DNA of 64,000 nucleotides, from positions 34,968,001 through 35,032,000 of the forward strand of contig CATNEN010000038.1 in NCBI GenBank assembly GCA_950097015.1, read 5' to 3'. The position numbers and the translations under genes are program-made. Positions 20,108 through 34,300 of the stretch are shown piece after piece (position 1 is the stretch's first letter; every line of letters begins with the position of its first letter). This DNA comes from Macrostomum hystrix. Lineage: Eukaryota > Animalia > Platyhelminthes. The notes under the pieces were generated by a model. It had not been told where the DNA came from. It did not search any database and worked only from the letters and a program-made list of their open reading frames with translations.

Positions 20108-22397
20108 AGCTGCACGATTACTAGAGTTTCAGCCGTGACCGGATGCTAGTTTTAAGTTGGTAAATAAGGCGCGTCATGTTTTTACTGGTTTTGCTAAGTA
20201 ATTCAGTTCTGTTTCTGTTAGAGTTTTGCTTGATTGCTGATAAATTCCAAATCGCAGCTATAAAAACTCAGTAATATATAATTCAGATTATGTTGAACAG
20301 TTCTTATGTTTATACTTTACCTATATAAAAGTCTACATCTATTTAAACTAATTATCCCATTATTTCAAACTGAAGCGTGCTATAATTAGCCTGTTTCTAT
20401 GGTCTAGTTGAAAGCCACACTTACAAGTAGTTTAACAGACGGGTAACTTCTATGGCAACGTCAACATTTATCTATGGGCCCGCGTGCACGAGTGCCATAG
20501 ACTATTTGACTTTAAGAACAGGTTAAACTGGGTTTTATAGTCAACTTGTGTCGAATATAGTTTTAAGCCATAGACAAAACCAACGAGAATGAATAGAAAC
20601 CCGATTTCGACGTTCCGAAGTTAGACGACAATTTCAGATAGCTATGTGAAGCTGATTTCTGAAGCGTTCATTCGTTACTGATTGAAACTGATTGAAATTC
20701 AAAAGAGCTAGTAAAGCATTTCTAGAATTTCACATTAAAGGTTAGATAAACAGACTGGCCTTGGTTAGAGGTTCAGGTTCAATTAAACAAAATTATAGCT
20801 TATAGCGAGCTACGTTATCTTTCAGGTTTATCTGCTTGCTAGGCCATGTGACATTGTGACATGAGTAGTCAATTAGTAACCAGAAAAATACTCCACCTGC
20901 ATGTTTATGCACTTTACTAGCTATAGCTAACTAAACTAACTGGCAAGAACGGCACGTGCTTCCGTCCGAAACGGAATGTACTTTTAGTTAGCCCCGCCAA
21001 CTTGACGCTTGCTAGCTACTTATTTAGAATATAACTAAATAGGTCAAGAACAAGTAGGCTTGCACTATAATAAATTCTTGGCCAATATTGCAGAAAGTCA
21101 TCCTTATGAGAAATGCATATTCTTCTCAATAGTCAGTAAAAAATATGCATGGAATAACTAGATATTTTCCAATTGTTTAACATTCAACTAATCCTGATAT
21201 TTTCAAAGAAAATGCAAAAAAGAATTATTTCTCTTTTAATAAGTAAATACAATCAAATTCTTATAAGTTCGTTTAGTTTTTGTTTTGTCTATAAATTTTG
21301 TACACAATGTTAATTTGTGATTATCTGTTGCAGACAATGCTATTTATTACTTGTTTTGCTATCACGATAAACATTTTTAAATGAACCAGTTTATTCTTAT
21401 TTCTGTTTTAAAAGGCTAACTGCTTGGCATAAAATAAATCAAATAAATTAATAATGTTTTGTTTAAAACGCTTGAAAGGGATGTTTGTTGTTTGGAATGG
21501 CTCATAGCGTGTAGCTCGTAATTGATTACATCTGCCCCAATTGGACCAGGTTTGCAGCCGCAGCTATTATGCGACGCATCTGAAGGCTGCGTACGGCTTT
21601 TCAGTCCATGGACTGGGGGGACGCCACACCAATTTCTCTAGTGGAATCAGGAATCGAACCTCCGACCTTCAAATTCGACGTTCGAGTTCGACGCTCTAAC
21701 CACTAGGCACCCTTTGGAATGGGATATTAATTTGCGGAATTATTCACTGTGCCATTAATGGCCTTTTGGTCATTAACAATTGATGGTGGGCCTTTTAAGC
21801 AGGCTTTGCCATTATGTCAATCGCCAATACTTTGATTACTTTCCTATTTAAAACTTTCTTTAAGCATCGCTCATTATCCAAAACAGGCAGAAACACAAGT
21901 TTTCGCTTAGTTTTTTAATGAAGTAGGATAATATACATCTTTCCAACGAAACATATGTTATCTATGAATATTTTTAAGCATGAAGCTTCTAGTGTAGAAA
22001 TAATTACATTCTAGAATATACATGCTACATTTTACATTCTACTGCATGTTTAACATTCAGGGCTCAATTGCCTAAGCGTGTATGCAACGAAGAGACATGG
22101 CTTTCCAAGAACTGGGACCCTGAGCAAGCAGTACCTCCAAATATATAACATTTGTTTCGTATAACAAATTGAGCGGCTTTGAAAATCGTATTGTACTCCA
22201 ATACCACACATAATAAACACACAAACACCACACAATATTCTATTTTATAGCTTATCTCTATACGCACAAGCTACTAAACTATCTGCTCTTATGAGTTGTA
22301 TCTCGTAAGTTGTATTTTTTCGTTAAAATCCCACTAGAATCAAATATACACGAGCAATTCTCGTACGCTCGAATAACATCTGCTATCCTTGTCAGGC

Positions 22398-25300
22398 TGT
22401 CACTGTGTCAGATCACAGCTGAAGAATCTCACTATTAGAATCTCACTGTGTCAGATCACAGCTGAAGAATCTCACTATTAGAATCTCACTGTGTCAGATC
22501 ACAGCTGAAGAATCTCACTATTAGAATCTCACTGTGTCAGATCACAGCTGAAGAATCTCACTATTAGAATCTCACTGTGTCAGATCACAGCTAAAGAATC
22601 TCACTGTTAGAATCTCACTGTGTCAGATCACAGCTGAAGAATCTCACTATTAGAATCTCACTGTGTTAGATCACAGCTGAAGAATCTCACTATTAGAATC
22701 TCACTGTGTCAGATCACAGCTGAAGATTCTCACTGTTAGAATCTCACTGTCTCAGATCACAGCTAAAGAATCTCACTGTTAGAATCTCACTGTGTCAGAT
22801 CACAGCTGAAGATTCTCACTGTTAGAATCTCACTGTGTCAGATCACAGCTAAAGAATCTCACTGTTAGAATCTCACTGTGTCAGATCACAGCTGAAGAAT
22901 CTCACTATTAGAATCTCACTGTGTCAGATCACAGCTGAAGAATCTCACTATTAGAATCTCACTGTGTCAGATCACAGCTGAAGAATCTCACTATTAGAAT
23001 CTCACTGTGTCAGATCACAGCTGAAGAATTTCACTATTAGAATCTCACTGTGTCAGATCACAGCTGAAGAATCTCACTGTGTCAGATCACAGCTGAAGAT
23101 TCTCACTATTATAATCTCACTGTGTCAGATCACAGCTGAAGAATCTCACTATTATAATCTCACTGTGTCAGATCACAGCTGAAGAATCTCACTATTATAA
23201 TCTCACTGTGTCAGATCACAGCTGAAGAATCTCACTATTATAATCTCACTGTGTCAGATCACAGCTGAAGAATCTCACTATTAGAATCTCACTGTGTCAG
23301 ATCACAGCTGAAGAATCTCACTGTGTCAGATCACAGCTGAAGAATCTCACTATTATAATCTCACTGTGTCAGATCACAGCTGAAGAATCTCACTATTATA
23401 ATCTCACTGTGTCAGATCACAGCTGAAGAATCTCACTATTAGAATCTCACTGTGTCAGATCACAGCTGAAGATTCTCACTGTTAGAATCTCACTGTGTCA
23501 GATCACAGCTAAAGAATCTCACTGTTAGAATCTCACTGTGTCAGATCACAGCTGAAGAATCTCACTATTAGAATCTCACTGTGTCAGATCACAGCTGAAG
23601 AATCTCACTGTTAGAATCTCACTGTGTCAGATCACAGCTGAAGATTCTCACTGTTAGAATCTCACTGTGTCAGATCACAGCTGAAGAATTTTACAGAGAA
23701 TCTCACTGTTAGAATCTCACTGTGTTAGATCACAGCTGAAGAATCTCACTATTAGAATCTCACTGTGTCAGATCACAGCTGAAGAATCTCACTTATAGAA
23801 TCTCACTGTGTTAGATCACAGCTGAAGAATCTCACTGTGTCAGATCACAGCTGAAGAATCTCACTTATAGAATCTCACTGTGTTAGATCACAGCTGAAGA
23901 ATCTCACTGTGTCAGATCACAGCTGAAGAATCTCACTTATAGAATCTCACTGTGTTAGATCACAGCTGAAGAATCTCACTGTGTCAGATCACAGCTGAAG
24001 AATCTCACTGTGTCAGATCACAGCTGAAGAATCTCACTATTAGAATCTCACTGTGTCAGATCACAGCTGAAGAATCTCACTATTAGAATCTCACTGTGTC
24101 AGATCACAGCTGAAGAATCTCACTATTAGAATCTCACTGTGTCAGATCACAGCTGAAGAATCTCACTATTAGAATCTCACTGTGTCAGATCACAGCTGAA
24201 GAATTTCACTATTAGAATCTCACTGTGTCAGATCACAGCTGAAGAATCTCACTATTAGAATCTCACTGTGTCAGATCACAGCTGAAGAATCTCACTATTA
24301 GAATCTCACTGTGTCAGATCACAGCTGAAGATTCTCACTGTTAGAATCTCACTGTCTCAGATCACAGCTAAAGAATCTCACTGTTAGAATCTCACTGTGT
24401 CAGATCACAGCTGAAGATTCTCACTGTTAGAATCTCACTGTGTCAGATCACAGCTAAAGAATCTCACTGTTAGAATCTCACTGTGTCAGATCACAGCTTA
24501 AGAATCTCACTATTAGAATCTCACTGTGTCAGATCACAGCTGAAGAATCTCACTATTAGAATCTCACTGTGTCAGATCACAGCTGAAGAATCTCACTATT
24601 AGAATCTCACTGTGTCAGATCACAGCTGAAGAATTTCACTATTAGAATCTCACTGTGTCAGATCACAGCTGAAGAATCTCACTGTGTCAGATCACAGCTG
24701 AAGAATCTCACTATTATAATCTCACTGTGTCAGATCACAGCTGAAGAATCTCACTATTAGAATCTCACTGTGTCAGATCACAGCTGAAGAATCTCACTGT
24801 GTCAGATCACAGCTGAAGAATCTCACTATTATAATCTCACTGTGTCAGATCACAGCTGAAGAATCTCACTATTATAATCTCACTGTGTCAGATCACAGCT
24901 GAAGAATCTCACTATTAGAATCTCACTGTGTCAGATCACAGCTGAAGATTCTCACTGTTAGAATCTCACTGTGTCAGATCACAGCTAAAGAATCTCACTG
25001 TTAGAATCTCACTGTGTCAGATCACAGCTGAAGAATCTCACTATTAGAATCTCACTGTGTCAGATCACAGCTGAAGAATCTCACTGTTAGAATCTCACTG
25101 TGTCAGATCACAGCTGAAGAATCTCACTATTAGAATCTCACTGTGTCAGATCACAGCTGAAGAATCTCACTGTTAGAATCTCACTGTGTCAGATCACAGC
25201 TGAAGATTCTCACTGTTAGAATCTCACTGTGTCAGATCACAGCTAAAGAATCTCACTGTTAGAATCTCACTGTGTCAGATCACAGCTGAAGAATCTCACT

Positions 25301-28300
25301 ATTAGAATCTCACTGTGTCAGATCACAGCTGAAGAATCTCACTATTAGAATCTCACTGTGTCAGATCACAGCTGAAGAATCTCACTGTTAGAATCTCACT
25401 GTGTCAGATCACAGCTGAAGATTCTCACTGTTAGAATCTCACTGTGTCAGATCACAGCTGAAGAATTTTACAGAGAATCTCACTGTTAGAATCTCACTGT
25501 GTTAGATCACAGCTGAAGAATCTCACTATTAGAATCTCACTGTGTCAGATCACAGCTGAAGAATCTCACTTATAGAATCTCACTGTGTTAGATCACAGCT
25601 GAAGAATCTCACTGTGTCAGATCACAGCTGAAGAATCTCACTTATAGAATCTCACTGTGTTAGATCACAGCTGAAGAATCTCACTGTGTCAGATCACAGC
25701 TGAAGAATCTCACTGTGTCAGATCACAGCTGAAGAATCTCACTATTAGAATCTCACTGTGTCAGATCACAGCTGAAGAATCTCACTATTAGAATCTCACT
25801 GTGTCAGATCACAGCTGAAGAATCTCACTATTAGAATCTCACTGTGTCAGATCACAGCTGAAGAATCTCACTATTAGAATCTCACTGTGTCAGATCACAG
25901 CTGAAGAATTTCACTATTAGAATCTCACTGTGTCAGATCACAGCTGAAGAATCTCACTATTAGAATCTCACTGTGTCAGATCACAGCTGAAGAATTTCAC
26001 TATTAGAATCTCACTGTGTCAGATCACAGCTGAAGATTCTCACTGTTAGAATCTCACTGTCTCAGATCACAGCTAAAGAATCTCACTGTTAGAATCTCAC
26101 TGTGTCAGATCACAGCTGAAGATTCTCACTGTTAGAATCTCACTGTGTCAGATCACAGCTAAAGAATCTCACTGTTAGAATCTCACTGTGTCAGATCACA
26201 GCTGAAGAATCTCACTATTAGAATCTCACTGTGTCAGATCACAGCTGAAGAATCTCACTATTAGAATCTCACTGTGTCAGATCACAGCTGAAGAATCTCA
26301 CTATTAGAATCTCACTGTGTCAGATCACAGCTGAAGAATTTCACTATTAGAATCTCACTGTGTCAGATCACAGCTGAAGAATCTCACTGTGTCAGATCAC
26401 AGCTGAAGATTCTCACTGTTAGAATCTCACTGTGTCAGATCACAGCTAAAGAATCTCACTGTTAGAATCTCACTGTGTCAGATCACAGCTGAAGAATCTC
26501 ACTATTAGAATCTCACTGTGTCAGATCACAGCTGAAGAATCTCACTGTTAGAATCTCACTGTGTCAGATCACAGCTGAAGAATTTCACTATTAGAATCTC
26601 ACTGTGTCAGATCACAGCTGAAGAATTTCACTATTAGAATCTCACTGTGTCAGATCACAGCTGAAGATTCTCACTGTTAGAATCTCACTGTGTCAGATCA
26701 CAGCTAAAGAATCTCACTGTTAGAATCTCACTGTGTCAGATCACAGCTGAAGATTCTCACTGTTAGAATCTCACTGTGTCAGATCACAGCTGAAGAATCT
26801 CACTATTAGAATCTCACTGTGTTAGATCACAGCTGAAGAATCTCACTATTAGAATCTCACTGTGTCAGATCACAGCTGAAGAATCTCACTATTAGAATCT
26901 CACTGTGTCAGATCACAGCTGAAGAATTTCACTATTAGAATCTCACTGTGTCAGATCACAGCTGAAGATTCTCACTGTTAGAATCTCACTGTGTCAGATC
27001 ACAGCTAAAGAATCTCACTGTTAGAATCTCACTGTGTCAGATCACAGCTGAAGATTCTCACTGTTAGAATCTCACTGTGTCAGATCACAGCTGAAGAATC
27101 TCACTATTAGAATCTCACTGTGTCAGATCACAGCTGAAGAATCTCACTATTAGAATCTCACTGTGTCAGATCACAGCTGAAGAATCTCACTATTAGAATC
27201 TCACTGTGTCAGATCACAGCTGAAGAATTTCACTATTAGAATCTCACTGTGTCAGATCACAGCTGAAGAATCTCACTGTGTCAGATCACAGCTGAAGATT
27301 CTCACTATTATAATCTCACTGTGTCAGATCACAGCTGAAGAATCTCACTATTATAATCTCACTGTGTCAGATCACAGCTGAAGAATCTCACTATTATAAT
27401 CTCACTGTGTCGGATCACAGCTGAAGAATCTCACTATTAGAATCTCACTGTGTCAGATCACAGCTGAAGAATCTCACTATTAGAATCTCACTGTGTCAGA
27501 TCACAGCTGAAGAATCTCACTATTATAATCTCACTGTGTCAGATCACAGCTGAAGAATCTCACTATTAGAATCTCACTGTGTCAGATCACAGCTGAAGAA
27601 TCTCACTGTGTCAGATCACAGCTGAAGAATCTCACTATTATAATCTCACTGTGTCAGATCACAGCTGAAGAATCTCACTATTATAATCTCACTGTGTCAG
27701 ATCACAGCTGAAGAATCTCACTATTAGAATCTCACTGTGTCAGATCACAGCTGAAGATTCTCACTGTTAGAATCTCACTGTGTCAGATCACAGCTAAAGA
27801 ATCTCACTGTTAGAATCTCACTGTGTCAGATCACAGCTGAAGATTCTCACTGTTAGAATCTCACTGTGTCAGATCACAGCTGAAGAATCTCACTGTTAGA
27901 ATCTCACTGTGTCAGATCACAGCTGAAGAATCTCACTATTAGAATCTCACTGTGTCAGATCACAGCTGAAGAATCTCACTGTTAGAATCTCACTGTGTCA
28001 GATCACAGCTGAAGATTCTCACTGTTAGAATCTCACTGTGTCAGATCACAGCTAAAGAATCTCACTGTTAGAATCTCACTGTGTCAGATCACAGCTGAAG
28101 AATCTCACTATTAGAATCTCACTGTGTCAGATCACAGCTGAAGAATCTCACTGTTAGAATCTCACTGTGTCAGATCACAGCTGAAGAATCTCACTGTTAG
28201 AATCTCACTGTGTCAGATCACAGCTGAAGATTCTCACTGTTAGAATCTCACTGTGTCAGATCACAGCTGAAGAATTTTACAGAGAATCTCACTGTTAGAA

Positions 28301-31300
28301 TCTCACTGTGTTAGATCACAGCTGAAGAATCTCACTATTAGAATCTCACTGTGTCAGATCACAGCTGAAGAATCTCACTTATAGAATCTCACTGTGTTAG
28401 ATCACAGCTGAAGAATCTCACTGTGTCAGATCACAGCTGAAGAATCTCACTTATAGAATCTCACTGTGTTAGATCACAGCTGAAGAATCTCACTGCGTCA
28501 GATCACAGCTGAAGAATCTCACTGTGTCAGATCACAGCTGAAGAATCTCACTATTAGAATCTCACTGTGTCAGATCACAGCTGAAGAATCTCACTATTAG
28601 AATCTCACTGTGTCAGATCACAGCTGAAGAATCTCACTATTAGAATCTCACTGTGTCAGATCACAGCTGAAGAATCTCACTATTAGAATCTCACTGTGTC
28701 AGATCACAGCTGAAGAATTTCACTATTAGAATCTCACTGTGTCAGATCACAGCTGAAGAATCTCACTATTAGAATCTCACTGTGTCAGATCACAGCTGAA
28801 GAATCTCACTATTAGAATCTCACTGTGTCAGATCACAGCTGAAGATTCTCACTGTTAGAATCTCACTGTCTCAGATCACAGCTGAAGAATCTCACTGTTA
28901 GAATCTCACTGTGTCAGATCACAGCTGAAGATTCTCACTGTTAGAATCTCACTGTGTCAGATCACAGCTAAAGAATCTCACTGTTAGAATCTCACTGTGT
29001 CAGATCACAGCTGAAGAATCTCACTATTAGAATCTCACTGTGTCAGATCACAGCTGAAGAATCTCACTATTAGAATCTCACTGTGTCAGATCACAGCTGA
29101 AGAATCTCACTATTAGAATCTCACTGTGTCAGATCACAGCTGAAGAATTTCACTATTAGAATCTCACTGTGTCAGATCACAGCTGAAGAATCTCACTGTG
29201 TCAGATCACAGCTGAAGAATCTCACTATTATAATCTCACTGTGTCAGAGCACAGCTGAAGAATCTCACTATTAGAATCTCACTGTGTCAGATCACAGCTG
29301 AAGAATCTCACTGTGTCAGATCACAGCTGAAGAATCTCACTATTATAATCTCACTGTGTCAGATCACAGCTGAAGAATCTCACTATTATAATCTCACTGT
29401 GTCAGATCACAGCTGAAGAATCTCACTATTAGAATCTCACTGTGTCAGATCACAGCTGAAGATTCTCACTGTTAGAATCTCACTGTGTCAGATCACAGCT
29501 AAAGAATCTCACTGTTAGAATCTCACTGTGTCAGATCACAGCTGAAGAATCTCACTATTAGAATCTCACTGTGTCAGATCACAGCTGAAGAATCTCACTG
29601 TTAGAATCTCACTGTGTCAGATCACAGCTGAAGAATCTCACGATTAGAATCTCACTGTGTCAGATCACAGCTGAAGAATCTCACTGTTAGAATCTCACTG
29701 TGTCAGATCACAGCTGAAGATTCTCACTGTTAGAATCTCACTGTGTCAGATCACAGCTAAAGAATCTCACTGTTAGAATCTCACTGTGTCAGATCACAGC
29801 TGAAGAATCTCACTATTAGAATCTCACTGTGTCAGATCACAGCTGAAGAATCTCACTGTTAGAATCTCACTGTGTCAGATCACAGCTGAAGAATCTCACT
29901 GTTAGAATCTCACTGTGTCAGATCACAGCTGAAGATTCTCACTGTTAGAATCTCACTGTGTCAGATCACAGCTGAAGAATTTTACAGAGAATCTCACTGT
30001 TAGAATCTCACTGTGTTAGATCACAGCTGAAGAATCTCACTATTAGAATCTCACTGTGTCAGATCACAGCTGAAGAATCTCACTTATAGAATCTCACTGT
30101 GTTAGATCACAGCTGAAGAATCTCACTGTGTCAGATCACAGCTGAAGAATCTCACTTATAGAATCTCACTGTGTTAGATCACAGCTGAAGAATCTCACTG
30201 TGTCAGATCACAGCTGAAGAATCTCACTGTGTCAGATCACAGCTGAAGAATCTCACTATTAGAATCTCACTGTGTCAGATCACAGCTGAAGAATCTCACT
30301 ATTAGAATCTCACTGTGTCAGATCACAGCTGAAGAATCTCACTATTAGAATCTCACTGTGTCAGATCACAGCTGAAGAATCTCACTATTAGAATCTCACT
30401 GTGTCAGATCACAGCTGAAGAATTTCACTATTAGAATCTCACTGTGTCAGATCACAGCTGAAGAATCTCACTATTAGAATCTCACTGTGTCAGATCACAG
30501 CTGAAGAATCTCACTATTAGAATCTCACTGTGTCAGATCACAGCTGAAGATTCTCACTGTTAGAATCTCACTGTCTCAGATCACAGCTAAAGAATCTCAC
30601 TGTTAGAATCTCACTGTGTCAGATCACAGCTGAAGATTCTCACTGTTAGAATCTCACTGTGTCAGATCACAGCTAAAGAATCTCACTGTTAGAATCTCAC
30701 TGTGTCAGATCACAGCTGAAGAATCTCACTATTAGAATCTCACTGTGTCAGATCACAGCTGAAGAATCTCACTATTAGAATCTCACTGTGTCAGATCACA
30801 GCTGAAGAATCTCACTATTAGAATCTCACTGTGTCAGATCACAGCTGAAGAATTTCACTATTAGAATCTCACTGTGTCAGATCACAGCTGAAGAATCTCA
30901 CTGTGTCAGATCACAGCTGAAGATTCTCACTGTTAGAATCTCACTGTGTCAGATCACAGCTAAAGAATCTCACTGTTAGAATCTCACTGTGTCAGATCAC
31001 AGCTGAAGAATCTCACTATTAGAATCTCACTGTGTCAGATCACAGCTGAAGAATCTCACTATTAGAATCTCACTGTGTCAGATCACAGCTGAAGAATCTC
31101 ACTGTTAGAATCTCACTGTGTCAGATCACAGCTGAAGAATTTCACTATTAGAATCTCACTGTGTCAGATCACAGCTGAAGAATCTCACTGTGTCAGATCA
31201 CAGCTGAAGATTCTCACTATTATAATCTCACTGTGTCAGATCACAGCTGAAGAATCTCACTATTATAATCTCACTGTGTCAGATCACAGCTGAAGAATCT

Positions 31301-34300
31301 CACTATTATAATCTCACTGTGTCAGATCACAGCTGAAGAATCTCACTATTATAATCTCACTGTGTCAGATCACAGCTGAAGAATCTCACTATTAGAATCT
31401 CACTGTGTCAGATCACAGCTGAAGAATCTCACTGTGTCAGATCACAGCTGAAGAATCTCACTATTATAATCTCACTGTGTCAGATCACAGCTGAAGAATC
31501 TCACTATTATAATCTCACTGTGTCAGATCACAGCTGAAGAATCTCACTATTAGAATCTCACTGTGTCAGATCACAGCTGAAGATTCTCACTGTTAGAATC
31601 TCACTGTGTCAGATCACAGCTAAAGAATCTCACTGTTAGAATCTCACTGTGTCAGATCACAGCTGAAGAATCTCACTATTAGAATCTCACTGTGTCAGAT
31701 CACAGCTGAAGAATCTCACTGTTAGAATCTCACTGTGTCAGATCACAGCTGAAGAATCTCACTATTAGAATCTCACTGTGTCAGATCACAGCTGAAGAAT
31801 CTCACTGTTAGAATCTCACTGTGTCAGATCACAGCTGAAGATTCTCACTGTTAGAATCTCACTGTGTCAGATCACAGCTAAAGAATCTCACTGTTAGAAT
31901 CTCACTGTGTCAGATCACAGCTGAAGAATCTCACTATTAGAATCTCACTGTGTCAGATCACAGCTGAAGAATCTCACTGTTAGAATCTCACTGTGTCAGA
32001 TCACAGCTGAAGAATCTCACTGTTAGAATCTCACTGTGTCAGATCACAGCTGAAGATTCTCACTGTTAGAATCTCACTGTGTCAGATCACAGCTGAAGAA
32101 TTTTACAGAGAATCTCACTGTTAGAATCTCACTGTGTTAGATCACAGCTGAAGAATCTCACTATTAGAATCTCACTGTGTCAGATCACAGCTGAAGAATC
32201 TCACTTATAGAATCTCACTGTGTTAGATCACAGCTGAAGAATCTCACTGTGTCAGATCACAGCTGAAGAATCTCACTTATAGAATCTCACTGTGTTAGAT
32301 CACAGCTGAAGAATCTCACTGTGTCAGATCACAGCTGAAGAATCTCACTGTGTCAGATCACAGCTGAAGAATCTCACTATTAGAATCTCACTGTGTCAGA
32401 TCACAGCTGAAGAATCTCACTATTATAATCTCACTGTGTCAGATCACAGCTGAAGAATCTCACTATTAGAATCTCACTGTGTCAGATCACAGCTGAAGAA
32501 TCTCACTATTAGAATCTCACTGTGTCAGATCACAGCTGAAGAATTTCACTATTAGAATCTCACTGTGTCAGATCACAGCTGAAGAATCTCACTATTAGAA
32601 TCTCACTGTGTCAGATCACAGCTGAAGAATCTCACTATTAGAATCTCACTGTGTCAGATCACAGCTGAAGATTCTCACTGTTAGAATCTCACTGTCTCAG
32701 ATCACAGCTAAAGAATCTCACTGTTAGAATCTCACTGTGTCAGATCACAGCTGAAGATTCTCACTGTTAGAATCTCACTGTGTCAGATCACAGCTAAAGA
32801 ATCTCACTGTTAGAATCTCACTGTGTCAGATCACAGCTGAAGAATCTCACTATTAGAATCTCACTGTGTCAGATCACAGCTGAAGAATCTCACTATTAGA
32901 ATCTCACTGTCTCAGATCACAGCTGAAGAATCTCACTATTAGAATCTCACTGTGTCAGATCACAGCTGAAGAATTTCACTATTAGAATCTCACTGTGTCA
33001 GATCACAGCTGAAGAATCTCACTGTGTCAGATCACAGCTGAAGAATCTCACTATTATAATCTCACTGTGTCAGATCACAGCTGAAGAATCTCACTATTAG
33101 AATCTCACTGTGTCAGATCACAGCTGAAGAATCTCACTGTGTCAGATCACAGCTGAAGAATCTCACTATTATAATCTCACTGTGTCAGATCACAGCTGAA
33201 GAATCTCACTATTATAATCTCACTGTGTCAGATCACAGCTGAAGAATCTCACTATTAGAATCTCACTGTGTCAGATCACAGCTGAAGATTCTCACTGTTA
33301 GAATCTCACTGTGTCAGATCACAGCTAAAGAATCTCACTGTTAGAATCTCACTGTGTCAGATCACAGCTGAAGAATCTCACTATTAGAATCTCACTGTGT
33401 CAGATCACAGCTGAAGAATCTCACTGTTAGAATCTCACTGTGTCAGATCACAGCTGAAGAATCTCACTATTAGAATCTCACTGTGTCAGATCACAGCTGA
33501 AGAATCTCACTGTTAGAATCTCACTGTGTCAGATCACAGCTGAAGATTCTCACTGTTAGAATCTCACTGTGTCAGATCACAGCTAAAGAATCTCACTGTT
33601 AGAATCTCACTGTGTCAGATCACAGCTGAAGAATCTCACTATTAGAATCTCACTGTGTCAGATCACAGCTGAAGAATTTCACTGTTAGAATCTCACTGTG
33701 TCAGATCACAGCTGAAGAATCTCACTGTTAGAATCTCACTGTGTCAGATCACAGCTGAAGATTCTCACTGTTATAATCTCACTGTGTCAGATCACAGCTG
33801 AAGAATTTTACAGAGAATCTCACTGTTAGAATCTCACTGTGTTAGATCACAGCTGAAGAATCTCACTATTAGAATCTCACTGTGTCAGATCACAGCTGAA
33901 GAATCTCACTTATAGAATCTCACTGTGTTAGATCACAGCTGAAGAATCTCACTGTGTCAGATCACAGCTGAAGAATCTCACTTATAGAATCTCACTGTGT
34001 TAGATCACAGCTGAAGAATCTCACTGTGTCAGATCACAGCTGAAGAATCTCACTGTGTCAGATCACAGCTGAAGAATCTCACTATTAGAATCTCACTGTG
34101 TCAGATCACAGCTGAAGAATCTCACTATTAGAATCTCACTGTGTCAGATCACAGCTGAAGAATCTCACTATTAGAATCTCACTGTGTCAGATCACAGCTG
34201 AAGAATCTCACTATTAGAATCTCACTGTGTCAGATCACAGCTGAAGAATTTCACTATTAGAATCTCACTGTGTCAGATCACAGCTGAAGAATCTCACTAT

